From an uncultured Sphingomonadaceae bacterium (GTDB lineage: Bacteria > Pseudomonadota > Alphaproteobacteria > Sphingomonadales > Sphingomonadaceae), in the NCBI GenBank assembly GCA_964467715.1, contig CAYXTJ010000002.1:1-57311 (forward strand): a stretch of 57,311 nucleotides of DNA. The letters are read 5' to 3'. Of this stretch, positions 1 through 11,006 are shown one piece after another (position 1 is the stretch's first letter; each line of letters begins with the position of its first letter). The notes under the pieces were generated by a model. The model was not told the DNA's origin. It did no database searches and saw nothing but the letters and a program-made list of their open reading frames with translations. The position numbers were made by a program, and so were the translations under genes.

Positions 1-474
1 GTCCCAATGCTTGGGCTTTAGCCGGTCAACATCGGGATAGGCGGTGGCAATCGCATCCACGCGGCCAGCCAGCAGGCGGTTCACCCTGCCGAGCACCGCG
101 TTCTGTTCGTGGATGACGGTGGGAATATCCTCCGCATTCGCAGCCAGCAGCGCGGGCAGAGCAGGATAGCCGCCAAAGCCTACAACCGCGCTGGGCTGGA
201 ATGTCTCATACATCCGCCGCGCCATGCTGCGACCGGCCATCACCGCCTTGATGCCCGAAGGCCAGCGCAGCGGGTTCTTGCCGAAGCGGCCCGCGGGGAG
301 GATGTGCGCAGGCAGGAAATCGGGCTTGCCGGGAATTGCCGCGCCGCGCTCGTCCGTGATCAGCGCCACCTGATGGCCGCGCTGATGAAGCTCTGCCGCA
401 AGCGCGAATGCGGGGGTCAGGTGACCGCCCGTTCCGCCCGCTGCCAGCACATAATGGCGTGAAGCCGCCGTCAT
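1..474 (-). CDS. murG: Undecaprenyldiphospho-muramoylpentapeptide beta-N-acetylglucosaminyltransferase (N-terminal part; runs off window edge)
   Basis: Not in the ORF track. Manual translation from ATG at 474 gives MTAASRHYVLAAGGTGGH...VVGFGGYPALP...VIHEQNAVLGRVNR, with the MurG GGTGGH, GFGGY and HEQN motifs. ATGA overlap with the ftsW stop. Confidence 0.95.
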   Translation of the reverse strand, partial: MTAASRHYVLAAGGTGGHLTPAFALAAELHQRGHQVALITDERGAAIPGKPDFLPAHILPAGRFGKNPLRWPSGIKAVMAGRSMARRMYETFQPSAVVGFGGYPALPALLAANAEDIPTVIHEQNAVLGRVNRLLAGRVDAIATAYPDVDRLKPKHWD

Positions 475-1694
475 CTCTTATTCCCCCTGGCCGGCTTGCC
501 ATTCATCGCGAACGGCTCCCGGCTGAGATAGGGGTTGCGGCGGGTGATCGCCAGCAACAGCCCGATGGTGAAACACTGCGCAATGGTAGACGAACCACCA
601 TAGCTGACCAAAGGCAGCGTCATGCCTTTGGAGGGGAAAAGCTGCAGGTTCATGAGCATGTTGATGAAGGCCTGCCCCCCGAACAGGGCAATAAGGCCGC
701 TGGCTGCAAGGATGATGAACAGCCGGTCCTCGTCCACCAGCCGCACCAGCACGCGCAGGATGATCGCCAGATAAAGCACCACGATCACCGCGCAGGCGAG
801 CAGGCCGAATTCCTCACCAATGACCGAGAAGATATAGTCCGTATGCGCTTCGGGCAGGCGCATCTTGTTGGTGCCAAGGCCAAGGCCGGTGCCCGTCCAC
901 CCGCCGCCCAGCAGCGTGCGGCTGGCAAGGTCCACCTGGTCATAGGCCGTGCCGCCGCCGAAGAAGGCATCGATGCGGTTACGGGCGTTGCCATAGAAGA
1001 TATAGGCCAGCACCAGCCCACCCAGCCCTGCGCCGGTCAGCGTGAAGATACGCTTCATCGGCAGGCCTGCCAGCATCACCAGCACGAACCAGCAGCCAAC
1101 GAAGAGGATCGCCGCCCCAAGGTTGGGCTGCGCCATCAGCATGATCACGATATAGCCCAGCAACCCGGCAGAAACCGGAACCACCGGCAGGTTGGGATCG
1201 CGGATCTTCCACGAAAGAATCCACGCCAGCAGCACGGCAAATGCAGGCTTCAGGAATTCGGACGGCTGGAAGGCAATGCCAAGGTCCAGCCAGCGCGTGG
1301 CGCCATTCCGCTCGAACCCGATCAGCGGCACCAGCAGCAGCGCGAACAGCATGGCTGCGCCAAGGATGATGCTGCCGCGTCGCGCCAGTTCCTGCGGCAG
1401 CAGCGAGGTGGCGAACAGCACCATGATGCCCAGCACTTGCCAGCGGATGTGGAGCAGGAAGAAATGCAGATCGTTCAGCGTCACATCGCTGGTGGAAAGG
1501 CGTGCTGCGCTTGCAGGAGATGCTGCCATCACCGCAATCGACCCCAGCACCATCAGCGAAAGCACGAGGCCAAGCAGCACCCGGTCAATCTCGCGCCACC
1601 AGATCTGCAGCTGGCGCTTGCGGTCATTGGCATAGGGGCGCGGCGGCTCGGTACGCTTGCCGGCATTGGGGATATAGGGGCGTGCAGCACTCAT
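471..1694 (-). CDS. ftsW: Cell division SEDS peptidoglycan polymerase FtsW
   Basis: Multi-TM protein with NGATRW, FQPSEFLK, LPEAHTDYIFS, EEFG and LPLVSYGGSS SEDS motifs; lies between murD and murG. Confidence 0.96.
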   Translation of the reverse strand: MSAARPYIPNAGKRTEPPRPYANDRKRQLQIWWREIDRVLLGLVLSLMVLGSIAVMAASPASAARLSTSDVTLNDLHFFLLHIRWQVLGIMVLFATSLLPQELARRGSIILGAAMLFALLLVPLIGFERNGATRWLDLGIAFQPSEFLKPAFAVLLAWILSWKIRDPNLPVVPVSAGLLGYIVIMLMAQPNLGAAILFVGCWFVLVMLAGLPMKRIFTLTGAGLGGLVLAYIFYGNARNRIDAFFGGGTAYDQVDLASRTLLGGGWTGTGLGLGTNKMRLPEAHTDYIFSVIGEEFGLLACAVIVVLYLAIILRVLVRLVDEDRLFIILAASGLIALFGGQAFINMLMNLQLFPSKGMTLPLVSYGGSSTIAQCFTIGLLLAITRRNPYLSREPFAMNGKPARGNKR

Positions 1695-3013
1695 GCGGCG
1701 GGCCTCTCATCTGTGAGCTTGCCAACGATCTCGCGGAAGGTATCGCCGCGCACTTCGTAGTCGCGGAACTGGTCGAAACTGGCGCAGGCGGGTGAAAGCA
1801 TCACCACGTCGCCCGGTTGCGCCGCATTCAGGGCGCGTGCCGTGGCCTCGCACAGCATTTCGCAAGGCTCCACCTTCATGTGCGGAGCCAGCAACTCACC
1901 GAACAGCGCGCCAGCCTCGCCAATGGTGTAGGCAGCAGCGACATTGCCGAAATGCGGAGCGCATTCGTCGAGATTGTCGGTCTTCGCGAGGCCGCCGCAA
2001 ATCCAGTGGATGCGCTTGTGGCCATCCTCGGCAGGCCATGCGGCCAGCGCCGGTGCAGTGGAGGCGGGATTGGTCGCCTTGGAATCGTTGATCACCAGCA
2101 CGCCATCGAATGTGCCGAGCCGCTCCATGCGGTGCGGCAAGCCGGGATAGGTGCGCAGGCCGTGGGCAATCGCGCCATTGGTCAGGAAAAGTTCGCCGCA
2201 GATATGGCTGGCGAAAATCGCGTTTTCGAGGTTGTGCGGCCCTTGCAGCGAAGGCCATTCTGCCTGGTTGCTGGCGTCGTAGGGAGGGCCGATCCATTCG
2301 TAAGGCCCGCGCTTGTTGTGAAATGCGGCCGCCTCGGCAGATGTCGGCAGCAGCGACACGCCGAACGGGTCCAGCATGTCCATCAGCCGCGCCTTGCTGG
2401 CAGCGTAAGCTTCGAAATTCTCGTAGCGATCGAGGTGATCGGGCGTGATGTTGAGCAGCGCCGTTGCCTTGCAGGCAAGCGTGAAGGTGAGGTCGATCTG
2501 GTAGCTGGACAGTTCCAGCACATAGACGGGCAGGCCCTTGTCGTTCGGCTCCAGCGGATCCTGCGCCATGATCGGCAGGCCGATGTTGCCGCCCATCACG
2601 GTATTGACGCCGGCTTCCTTGAGGATGTGATGCACCAGCGCGGTCGTCGTGCTCTTGCCGTTGGTGCCGGTGATGCCGACCACGAAATGTTCGGGCAATT
2701 CCGGCTGCGCCTGCGAGAACAGTTCGATATCACCGATGATCGGCACGCCTGCCGCCTTCGCCTTAGCCTTCAGCGGATGGGTGTTGAGCGGCACCCCCGG
2801 TGACACGACCACGGCATCGAACCCGGCAAGCTCGATCTCCATCGGATCGGCAATGGCGCAGCGGCCTGCCAAGGCTTCGCGGGCGTTGTCCTGCCTGTCC
2901 CATGCTGTCACCTCAGCGCCGCTCGCCAGCAGGCTTTCCACCGCCGCCATGCCCGAACGGGCGAGGCCGAGGACGGCGTATTTCTTTCCGGAGAAGGCGC
3001 GTGCCGTGATCAC
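1691..3013 (-). CDS. murD: UDP-N-acetylmuramoyl-L-alanine--D-glutamate ligase
   Basis: GLARSG N-terminus, [48 protein letters not shown]. Confidence 0.97.
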   Translation of the reverse strand: MITARAFSGKKYAVLGLARSGMAAVESLLASGAEVTAWDRQDNAREALAGRCAIADPMEIELAGFDAVVVSPGVPLNTHPLKAKAKAAGVPIIGDIELFSQAQPELPEHFVVGITGTNGKSTTTALVHHILKEAGVNTVMGGNIGLPIMAQDPLEPNDKGLPVYVLELSSYQIDLTFTLACKATALLNITPDHLDRYENFEAYAASKARLMDMLDPFGVSLLPTSAEAAAFHNKRGPYEWIGPPYDASNQAEWPSLQGPHNLENAIFASHICGELFLTNGAIAHGLRTYPGLPHRMERLGTFDGVLVINDSKATNPASTAPALAAWPAEDGHKRIHWICGGLAKTDNLDECAPHFGNVAAAYTIGEAGALFGELLAPHMKVEPCEMLCEATARALNAAQPGDVVMLSPACASFDQFRDYEVRGDTFREIVGKLTDERPAA

Positions 3014-4080
3014 CTGAGCTTCAACGTGGCTAGACCGATGACCGCAAGAACGATGGCGATGATCCAGAAGCGGATCACCACGGTCGATTCCTTCCAGCCA
3101 AGCTGTTCGAAATGGTGGTGGATGGGGGCCATGCGGAACACGCGTTTGCCTGTCCGCTTGAACCAGAAGACCTGGATGATGACCGAAGCGGTTTCCATCA
3201 CGAACAATCCGCCGATGATCAGCAGCACGATCTCATGATGGCTCGCCACGGCCAGTGCGCCCAGCGCCCCACCAAGGGCAAGGCTGCCGGTATCGCCCAT
3301 AAACACCGCGGCAGGCGGCGCGTTGAACCACAGGAAGGCAAGGCCCGATCCCATGATCGCTGCACAGAACAGCGCCAGCTCGCCAGCGTAGGGCACGTGC
3401 GGAATGCCGAGATATTCGGAATAATCGACGCGGCCGACGAGGTAGCAGATGATCATGAAGGCACCTGCCGCAATCACCACCGGCATGGTGGCAAGCCCGT
3501 CCAGCCCGTCCGTCAGGTTCACCGCGTTGCCCATGCCCACGATCACCGTGGCGGCGAACAGGTAATAGAACGGGCCAAGCGGGATCACCCGGTCACTGAA
3601 GAAGGGGATGTAGAGATTGGTGTTGATCTCGCCCACGATAAGGTAGGACGCGATGCCCGCCACGATGAATTCGGCCAGCAGGCGCACCTTGCCTGACAGG
3701 CCCTTGTGGCTGCCCTTGGTGACCTTGTCGAGATCATCGAGAAAGCCGATCACGCCAAAGCCGAGACACACCGCGATGCAGGCCCAGACGAAGGGATTGC
3801 CAAGGTCCATCCACAGGAACATCGAGATCACCAGCGAGGTGAGGATCATCAACCCGCCCATGGTCGGCGTGCCCACCTTCAACTGGTGCGAAGCAGGGCC
3901 GTCAGCGCGGATAGGCTGGCCCTTGCCCTGGCGCACGCGCAGCATGGCGATGAATTTGGGGCCGATGATGAGGCCGATGAGCAGCGCCGTCATCATGGCC
4001 GCACCAGCGCGGAAGGTCTGGTACCGGATGAGGTTCAACAACCCGTCGAATTCGAACAGTTCCGCAAGAAAATACAGCAT
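3010..4080 (-). CDS. mraY: Phospho-N-acetylmuramoyl-pentapeptide transferase
   Basis: [40 protein letters not shown]. Confidence 0.97.
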   Translation of the reverse strand: MLYFLAELFEFDGLLNLIRYQTFRAGAAMMTALLIGLIIGPKFIAMLRVRQGKGQPIRADGPASHQLKVGTPTMGGLMILTSLVISMFLWMDLGNPFVWACIAVCLGFGVIGFLDDLDKVTKGSHKGLSGKVRLLAEFIVAGIASYLIVGEINTNLYIPFFSDRVIPLGPFYYLFAATVIVGMGNAVNLTDGLDGLATMPVVIAAGAFMIICYLVGRVDYSEYLGIPHVPYAGELALFCAAIMGSGLAFLWFNAPPAAVFMGDTGSLALGGALGALAVASHHEIVLLIIGGLFVMETASVIIQVFWFKRTGKRVFRMAPIHHHFEQLGWKESTVVIRFWIIAIVLAVIGLATLKLR

Positions 4081-4092
4081 CGTTCCGCGCTA

Positions 4093-5550
4093 TCAGCCTT
4101 CCCTGGCGCCATAGTGCGCCACCAGGCGCGACAGCCCTACGGAATTCGATCCCTTCACCAGCACCGCATCGCCGCCAGCAAGCCCGAATTCCTCCAGCGC
4201 AGCTATCGCTTCACCCGCATTTTCGCATTGGGCAAAGTGCAAGGGCTTGCCAAGCGTATTCGCCAAGCCTCTCCCCAGTTCCCGTGCAAGGGCGACCATC
4301 TCCGGTCCGACGAGGACGGCATAATCGACATTCGCATCAAGCAGCGGCTCGGCCAGCTGGGCGTGGAAGGCAGGGCCAAACTCGCCCAGTTCCTTCATCG
4401 CGCCAAGCACAGCAATCCGGCGAGTGGCAGGCGTTTGCCCCAGCTGCGCCAGCGTGGCGCGCATGGAGGCGGGGTTGGCGTTGTAGCTTTCATCCACCAT
4501 CAGCGCATGGCCACCGGGAACGGCAACGCGCAGCCGCGCACCGCGTCCTTTCAGGCCGCCCATGCCTGCCAGCGCAAGACCTGCCGCGCCAAGATCGCCA
4601 CCGGCAGCGTGAACAGCCGCCATCACGCAAAGCGAATTGGAAATCCAGTGCTCGCCCGGTTCGGCGACCGAATAGCACAGCCGCTGGTCACCCATCGCTG
4701 CGGTAACAAGCGAGCCGCCATGAGCATCGGGAATGGCATCGAGCAGGCGCATATCCGCCTTTTCCGACCTGCCGAAGCTGATCACCTTCGCGCCTGCCTT
4801 CAACGCCGCATCGCGCAGCCGCTCGAAATGCGGGCTGTCTGCCGGGATCACGGCGGTGCCGCCCTTTTGCAACCCTTCGAAAATCTCTGCCTTGGCATCG
4901 GCAATCGCCTCTTCGCTGCCAAGGTTCTCGATATGCGCAGGCGCGATGGTGGTGATCACCGCGACATGCGGGCGCACCTGCGCGGTCAGGCCGGAAATCT
5001 CGCCCGCGTGGTTCATGCCCATTTCGAACACGCCATAGCTGGAACGCGGGGCCATGCGAGACAGGCTCAGGGGCACGCCGACATGGTTGTTGTAGGAGCG
5101 GATGGAACGGTGGGCCGTGCCGCGGCTGCACCTCTCAAGCGATGCGAAAATCGCCTCCTTCACCCCTGTTTTGCCGACAGAACCGGTTACGCCGATGATT
5201 TTTGCACTGACCCGCGCCCGCGCCGCCTTTGCCAAAGCCTCAAGTGCACTTGAGGTATCTGCCACGAGCACATGCGGGTAATCGACAGGGCGATCGACGA
5301 GGGCCGCCACCGCGCCATTGGCAAAGGCCTTGTCGATAAACTTGTGCCCGTCCATCGCCTCGCCCTTCAGGGCTATGAACAGGTCCCCGCTACGCACATC
5401 GCGGGAGTCCATCTCGACGCCGCTAACCTGAAATTCACCATCAGCAGCCCCGCCGGTAGCCGCCGCGATCTCGGCAGAAGTCCACAATGCGTGGCGCAGG
5501 CGGTCCGCCTGTTCCTTCGGCCAGCGCAGGATCTGTGCGACTGCATTCAT
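4093..5550 (-). CDS. murF: UDP-N-acetylmuramoyl-tripeptide--D-alanyl-D-alanine ligase
   Basis: DSR, GVTGSVGKT, SYNNHVGVP, EMGMNH, DESYNANP, VKGSNS. Start placed at ATG 5550, which overlaps the murE stop (ATGA). Confidence 0.95.
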   Translation of the reverse strand: MNAVAQILRWPKEQADRLRHALWTSAEIAAATGGAADGEFQVSGVEMDSRDVRSGDLFIALKGEAMDGHKFIDKAFANGAVAALVDRPVDYPHVLVADTSSALEALAKAARARVSAKIIGVTGSVGKTGVKEAIFASLERCSRGTAHRSIRSYNNHVGVPLSLSRMAPRSSYGVFEMGMNHAGEISGLTAQVRPHVAVITTIAPAHIENLGSEEAIADAKAEIFEGLQKGGTAVIPADSPHFERLRDAALKAGAKVISFGRSEKADMRLLDAIPDAHGGSLVTAAMGDQRLCYSVAEPGEHWISNSLCVMAAVHAAGGDLGAAGLALAGMGGLKGRGARLRVAVPGGHALMVDESYNANPASMRATLAQLGQTPATRRIAVLGAMKELGEFGPAFHAQLAEPLLDANVDYAVLVGPEMVALARELGRGLANTLGKPLHFAQCENAGEAIAALEEFGLAGGDAVLVKGSNSVGLSRLVAHYGAREG

Positions 5551-7019
5551 GCCCGATTTGCTCCCGAAAGTTCGGCCGCACATTCGCGCGCAACCGTTAC
5601 GTCATCGAATGGCAGCACGCGGCGGTTCGCGCCCGCACCGATGATCTGCCCCTGTTCATGGCCTTTGCCTGCAACCAGCACGATGTCAGTGCTGCCCGCA
5701 GCGGCAATAGCAGCAGCGATGGCTTGCCGCCGGTCGCCGATTTCCTGTGCGCCCGCCGCGCCCCGCATCACTTCTGCACGGATGCTGGCCGGGTCTTCCC
5801 CGCGCGGGTTGTCGTCCGTCACGAAGACCAGTTCCGATCCCTGCACGGCAACCTCGCCCATCGGCGCGCGCTTGCCCTTGTCGCGATCCCCGCCTGCGCC
5901 GAACACGGTGATGAGGCGCCCAGAGACATGCGGACGCAGCGCGGCAATCGCGGCTTCCAGCGCGTCCGGCGTGTGCGCGTAATCGATATAGACGGGAGCG
6001 CCTGCCTGCGTGATCGCGGCGCGCTCCAGACGCCCACGAACAGGCTGCAGGCGGCTGACCGCGTCGAACACCTGCGCGGACGCGCAGCCACTGGCAATCG
6101 CCAGCCCTGCCGCCACCAGCGCATTGGCCACCTGGTACGACCCGATCAGCGGCAGGCGAATAGCATAGGCCTGCCCTTCACACACGATCTTAGTTTCCTG
6201 CCCCAAGGCACCGGGCTTGCGCGAAATCAAGCGGATCGCCTTGCCACCCTCGCCCACGGTGAACAGCTTGAGGCCGCGCGTCGTCGCCACTTCTGCCGCG
6301 CGCGCCGACCATTCGTCGTCCGCCCAGATCACCGCCGTGCCGCCATCGTCCACCACTTCAGTGAACAGGCGCATCTTGGCCGCAAAATAGTCTTCCATGT
6401 CGGGATGGTAATCGAGGTGGTCGCGGCTGAGGTTGGCGAAGGCCCCCGCCATCACCGGCAGGCCTTCGTTGCGATATTGCGAGAGGCCGTGGCTCGATGC
6501 CTCGTAAGCGACATGGGTCACGCCTTCGCGCGACAGGCCCGTCATGTTCGACAGGAAGGTGACGATATCAGGCGTGGTAAGGCCGGTGGAAACGCTCTCG
6601 TCAGGCGTGGTGACGCCCAGCGTGCCGATGGAGGCTGCGGAATGACCACACATTCGCCAGATCTGGCGGGTCATCTCCACGGTGGAGGTCTTGCCGTTGG
6701 TGCCCGTGACCGCGACGACATTGGCAGGCACAGGGGTGAAGAATTTCGCGGCCAGCCGCGCGAAGGCACGGCGCGGCAGCGGGTCTGCGATATGCAGTGC
6801 GCCTTCGACCCTGGCTTCGGGCCGCGCGACAACGGCGATTGCACCGGCGGCCACGGCGGCGGGAATGAAATCCTCGCCATTCACTTCCGCACCCTGGAAC
6901 GCCCCGAAGACATTGCCCGGCGCAACCTTGCGGTTATCTATGGCAAAGCCGGTCACTGCCGCATCGCCCGACGCGCCGGCATCCATTCCTGCGGCAGAGG
7001 CGAGATCAGCCAATCGCAT
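5547..7019 (-). CDS. murE: UDP-N-acetylmuramoyl-L-alanyl-D-glutamate--2,6-diaminopimelate ligase
   Basis: VTGTNGKTS, TTPD, EASSHGL, DHLDYH, DYAHTPDAL, and the DNPR meso-DAP specificity motif. Confidence 0.97.
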   Translation of the reverse strand: MRLADLASAAGMDAGASGDAAVTGFAIDNRKVAPGNVFGAFQGAEVNGEDFIPAAVAAGAIAVVARPEARVEGALHIADPLPRRAFARLAAKFFTPVPANVVAVTGTNGKTSTVEMTRQIWRMCGHSAASIGTLGVTTPDESVSTGLTTPDIVTFLSNMTGLSREGVTHVAYEASSHGLSQYRNEGLPVMAGAFANLSRDHLDYHPDMEDYFAAKMRLFTEVVDDGGTAVIWADDEWSARAAEVATTRGLKLFTVGEGGKAIRLISRKPGALGQETKIVCEGQAYAIRLPLIGSYQVANALVAAGLAIASGCASAQVFDAVSRLQPVRGRLERAAITQAGAPVYIDYAHTPDALEAAIAALRPHVSGRLITVFGAGGDRDKGKRAPMGEVAVQGSELVFVTDDNPRGEDPASIRAEVMRGAAGAQEIGDRRQAIAAAIAAAGSTDIVLVAGKGHEQGQIIGAGANRRVLPFDDVTVARECAAELSGANRA

Positions 7020-8776
7020 CAGTGCTCCGTGCTCCCGACCAGATACTGCAGTTCGGTAAGGTCGATATCGCGGCCTTCATCGGGCAGCACGCCAAGTTGC
7101 GGGCCGATGCGCGGGATCAGGCGGCCCACGACAGGCGCGGCGTTCCATGCGGCGGTGCGCTGGTAGGAGCTGGCGACAGTGCCTTCAGGCTCGTCAAGCA
7201 TCACGATCACGACATAGCGCGGCTTGTCCATCGGGAAGGCAGCGGCAAAGGTGGAGACCAGCGTGGTGCGGTCATAGGAGCCGTTCTTGGGCTTCTCGGC
7301 GGAGCCGGTCTTCCCGCCGACGCGGAAGCCGGGGGCATCGGCATTACGGCCCGTGCCATAGACCGCGATCATGCGCAGCAGCTGGTTCATCCGGGCGCTG
7401 GTGCTGGCCCTGAACACGCGGCGGCCGCGCGGTTCGTGGCCCGGCTCCACCCGCAGCAACGTGGCCGGACGCCAGATGCCGCCGTTGACCATCGCCGCAT
7501 AGGCGGAACCCAGGTGCAGCGGGGTCACCGCAATGCCGTGGCCGAAGCTGACAGTCATGCCCTTGAGGCGCGACCATTCCCCGCCATAGGACAGCGGCGC
7601 ACCACGACCGGGCAGTTCGATATAGGGCGCCTCGCCCATGCCGAGATCGGTCATGTAGCGCTTCAGAACGTCAGACCCCAGCTCGTCCGCGATCTGGCCC
7701 GTCACGATATTGGAGGAATGGATCAGCGATTGCGGCGCATTCAGTGAAGCAGCGATCACGTGGCTGTCATTGATGGTCTGCTTGCCGATGCGCAGCGGGC
7801 GGTTGGCCTTATAGCGCCGCGAAAGGTCGGTGATCGATCCGGCATCAATGGCAGCCGCCACGGTCAGCGGCTTGAAGATCGAGCCGAGCTCGTAAACCTG
7901 GTTCGTCACGCGGTTGAAGCTGGCGGGCATCACGCCGCGATCAACCATTTCCTGCGTGCGGATCAGGTCATTGGTGGTGATGTGGTTGGGATCGAATTCG
8001 GGGAAGGATGCCATCGCCATCACTTCACCGGTGTCGACGTCGAGCACGAGGCCTGCCGCACCGATGGCGTTGACCGAGCGCATGCCGCGGTGCAGTTCAT
8101 CCTCCAGCGCGCCTTGCACCCGCACGTCAATCGACAGGGGCACGGCCTCGCCGCGGAAATTGGGATCGGTCAGCCGGTCATCCAGCACCTGCTCCATGCC
8201 GAGGTGGCCCTTGTCGTCCTGCACATAGCCGAGCACGTGCGAGGCGAGCGAGCCTTGCGGATAGTGGCGGTCGCTTTCGCGTGGCAGTTCCAGCGCCAGC
8301 TCGCCGATTTCCATCACGCGGTTGGCATCTTCGGGCAACACGCGACGGCGCAGATAGGTGGGGCGGCCTTCGCGCAGCTTCGCTGCAGTGTCGACCGGAT
8401 CGAGATCGGGGAAGATGGCGCGCAGTTCCTGCGCCACCTGTTCGGGCGATTTCACCAGCGGCGGGCCGCCATCGTCCATCGCGCCGGGATTGTACCACAG
8501 CGCATAGGCAGGAAAGGCGCGCGCCAGCGGCACGCCGTTGCGATCGGTGATCTCGCCGCGCGGAGGCAGCAGCGCTTCTGCCATGGTGGTTTCGGTGATC
8601 GCCGGCTGCACGGCGCCCAGCCAGGTGATCCGCATCAGCGCTGCAAAGGCAATCAGCAGGAAGCCCAGAGCGATCAGCAGCACGCGAAAGCGCGCCATCA
8701 GCAGCGAGCGGCGACGGTAATCAACGAGGCGGATACGCCCGGTGCCTGCGGGCGACGGGGCGGCGAGAGCCGTCAC
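7019..8776 (-). CDS. ftsI: Penicillin-binding protein 3 (class B divisome transpeptidase)
   Basis: N-terminal TM, RGEITDRNG, SxxK (SIFK), SxN (SSN), KTG; lies between ftsL and murE. Confidence 0.95.
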   Translation of the reverse strand: MTALAAPSPAGTGRIRLVDYRRRSLLMARFRVLLIALGFLLIAFAALMRITWLGAVQPAITETTMAEALLPPRGEITDRNGVPLARAFPAYALWYNPGAMDDGGPPLVKSPEQVAQELRAIFPDLDPVDTAAKLREGRPTYLRRRVLPEDANRVMEIGELALELPRESDRHYPQGSLASHVLGYVQDDKGHLGMEQVLDDRLTDPNFRGEAVPLSIDVRVQGALEDELHRGMRSVNAIGAAGLVLDVDTGEVMAMASFPEFDPNHITTNDLIRTQEMVDRGVMPASFNRVTNQVYELGSIFKPLTVAAAIDAGSITDLSRRYKANRPLRIGKQTINDSHVIAASLNAPQSLIHSSNIVTGQIADELGSDVLKRYMTDLGMGEAPYIELPGRGAPLSYGGEWSRLKGMTVSFGHGIAVTPLHLGSAYAAMVNGGIWRPATLLRVEPGHEPRGRRVFRASTSARMNQLLRMIAVYGTGRNADAPGFRVGGKTGSAEKPKNGSYDRTTLVSTFAAAFPMDKPRYVVIVMLDEPEGTVASSYQRTAAWNAAPVVGRLIPRIGPQLGVLPDEGRDIDLTELQYLVGSTEH

Positions 8777-9342
8777 TGTCCGGCGCCTCCCAGCATGACC
8801 CTGACGGTCGCCGCGCTGGCGGAAGCTGCACCCTCTTCGCGCGCCGCCGCCATGGGCACGCGCGCAGTCTGCTGCGCCAGCGTGGTCACCAGCGTCCGGC
8901 GCTCGTCATCATGCTCCCTGACAGGTTCGATCAGAGCTTCGTCCAGCGGCTTGCCGGTGATCGGCGAAACAAGGCGCGGGAACGGCGTGCGCTCCTCGTC
9001 CACCGAAACGCTCGCCACGCTGATCGGTTCGGGCGCAGAGCCATCGCGATGGCTGCCAAAACGCGCCAGCTGGCGCTTGCTGTCGACGAACTGATCCGCC
9101 TCGGGTGCGGAGTAGCCGAAGTCCACCCGGTTCCACGTCGCCAGCTGCATCTGGCTGGAACGCGTAAGATACTCGGTTTCGAGCAGCATGTTGTGCTCTT
9201 CCAGCGCGATGATCTGGCGTTCCTTCTTCTTCACCTCGCTGGCGAGCGACCAGACCTGGAAGTGCAGCACGCCATAAAGCGCGGTGCAGATTGCCAGCAG
9301 GGCAAACCAGCCCATGCGGCGGATGCGGGCTTGCGGGGTCAT
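8773..9342 (-). CDS. ftsL: Cell division protein FtsL (with long C-terminal extension)
   Basis: Short basic N-terminus, one TM, coiled coil ([24 protein letters not shown]); occupies the canonical slot between rsmH and ftsI. Confidence 0.75.
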   Translation of the reverse strand: MTPQARIRRMGWFALLAICTALYGVLHFQVWSLASEVKKKERQIIALEEHNMLLETEYLTRSSQMQLATWNRVDFGYSAPEADQFVDSKRQLARFGSHRDGSAPEPISVASVSVDEERTPFPRLVSPITGKPLDEALIEPVREHDDERRTLVTTLAQQTARVPMAAAREEGAASASAATVRVMLGGAGQ

Positions 9343-10301
9343 GCGGCCATATCCTTTCGCTGGAGTGGAGGAGCGCCGGTGCGCGTTGCGGCGCGCAGTG
9401 TGGAACTTCGCGCGCGCGGATTACGGTCGATCTCTGCCTTGGACGGACGGATTGCCTTGGACAGGTCCCCGAAACGCGGTGGAGAGAGAGGTTGCACTTC
9501 GGGGAGATGGCGCGAGCCGCGAGGGGTGGCATTTGCCGCGTCACGCAGGAACTGCTTCACGATACGGTCTTCGAGGCTGTGGAAGCTGACGACAGCCAGC
9601 CGCCCGCCTTCCTTCAGCAGCGCCTCGGCAGCGGACAGGCCTTCTGCCAGCTCGTCCAACTCGCCGTTCACATGGATGCGGATTGCCTGGAAGCTGCGGG
9701 TGGCCGGGTCTTTTGGTGCACCGGCGCGATAGCCCAGCGCCTTGCGCACCACGGCAGCGAGTTCGCCGGTGGTGCTGAGCGGGCGCGCCGCCACGATGGC
9801 GCGGGCCACGCGGCGCGACTGGCGTTCCTCGCCATACTGGTAAAGCACATCGGCAATCGCGCTCTCATCCGCTTCGTTTACGAAATCAGCCGCATTGGGG
9901 CGCTGGCGATCCATGCGCATGTCGAGCGGGCCGTTGGAGGAGAAGGCAAAGCCGCGGTCTGCCTGATCCAGCTGCATGGAAGACACGCCGATATCCATAG
10001 CGATGCCGTCCACCTGCTCCATGCCGGCCTCGGCCATCGCTTCGAGCATTTCGGAAAAGCGGCGCGGGTGCAGCACCAGCCGCGGCGGGTTCTCGCGGGT
10101 TTCCGGCCACTGGCTGCCTGCTTCGATGGCATCGGGATCGCGATCGAATGCGTGGACGATGGCACCTGCTTCCAGCAGCGCACGGGTGTAGCCGCCTGCG
10201 CCGAAAGTGGCATCGATCACCACGTCGCCGGGTTCGATGCACAGCTGCTCGATCACTTCATCGAGGAGGACGGGAACATGCGGGGCGGAAGGCGCGCTCA
10301 C
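9339..10301 (-). CDS. rsmH: 16S rRNA m4C1402 methyltransferase RsmH (MraW)
   Basis: [48 protein letters not shown]. Confidence 0.97.
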   Translation of the reverse strand: MSAPSAPHVPVLLDEVIEQLCIEPGDVVIDATFGAGGYTRALLEAGAIVHAFDRDPDAIEAGSQWPETRENPPRLVLHPRRFSEMLEAMAEAGMEQVDGIAMDIGVSSMQLDQADRGFAFSSNGPLDMRMDRQRPNAADFVNEADESAIADVLYQYGEERQSRRVARAIVAARPLSTTGELAAVVRKALGYRAGAPKDPATRSFQAIRIHVNGELDELAEGLSAAEALLKEGGRLAVVSFHSLEDRIVKQFLRDAANATPRGSRHLPEVQPLSPPRFGDLSKAIRPSKAEIDRNPRARSSTLRAATRTGAPPLQRKDMAA

Positions 10302-10786
10302 TTGCCCCTCCCCTTGGCCAGCGCCTCTTCCATCTCCTGCTCGCAGTAGACCTTGAAGAAGTCGAACTCGTCACCCAGGCCCATGAGGATATCGGGGTTC
10401 CACATGGTGATGACATCGCCGATGCCATGGAAATAGATCCGGTCCTCAATCTTGCCGAGCTTGACCGATGAGGGGTTGAGCACGAAGCGGCCGCTGGCGT
10501 CGAAGGCGTGCTTCTTGAAGCTCCACAGCTGGCCGGAGCGGAGCGCACGGTCGAACTTGTCACCGTTGGCGCGGGCTTCATCGCGCTGTTCGTTGAGGAT
10601 TTCCTCGAAATGCTGGGTGCGGTCGGTGCCGAAACCGACAAGGCACGGCCAGCTTTCATGGCGGCCGACGCAGAGAACGCGCTCTCCGCTGGCGGTGGCG
10701 AGGGGGTTGCGCATCTCTGCGGGCAGGACGTAGCGGCCCTTTTCACCGCGAAGCGAAAAGCCCTGACCGCTAAATTCCGAACCCAT
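10298..10786 (-). CDS. mraZ: Division/cell wall cluster transcriptional repressor MraZ
   Basis: Two SpoVT/AbrB-like repeats ([17 protein letters not shown]); first gene of the dcw cluster. Start is ATG 10786 or GTG 10795; the ORF-track extension to 10897 is unlikely. Confidence 0.88.
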   Translation of the reverse strand: MGSEFSGQGFSLRGEKGRYVLPAEMRNPLATASGERVLCVGRHESWPCLVGFGTDRTQHFEEILNEQRDEARANGDKFDRALRSGQLWSFKKHAFDASGRFVLNPSSVKLGKIEDRIYFHGIGDVITMWNPDILMGLGDEFDFFKVYCEQEMEEALAKGRGK

Positions 10787-10930
10787 TTGCGACACTTCCC
10801 CTGCCCCCGGCTTGGGCCCCATACAAATCGGCAAAGCGCCAGCGCTCGCGCCGCGCAGATGCGCGGCCCGTCCATCCGTCAAAGAATCAGGATGCAACGC
10901 GGGCGGCCTTCCGATTGACCATACTTAACG

Positions 10931-10975
10931 CGGGTCAATGCGGGAGAAAAGGGGAATTTACGGGAATACTGGGGA
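10931..10975 (+). promoter_or_regulatory. Putative MraZ-binding array A: five NGGG(A/T) boxes at exact 10-bp period
   Basis: CGGGT 10931, CGGGA 10941, GGGGA 10951, CGGGA 10961, GGGGA 10971. Resembles the TGGGN-N5 repeats bound by E. coli MraZ; upstream of mraZ. Confidence 0.7.
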
Positions 10976-11006
10976 TTTGCCAGTATAACTTTGTTTTATA
11001 TGCCTT

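Noticed and set aside
408-9732. Series of long plus-strand ORFs (e.g. 408-1760, 3706-5253, 5487-7166, 7760-9094)
   Set aside because: Antisense shadows of well-supported dcw genes.
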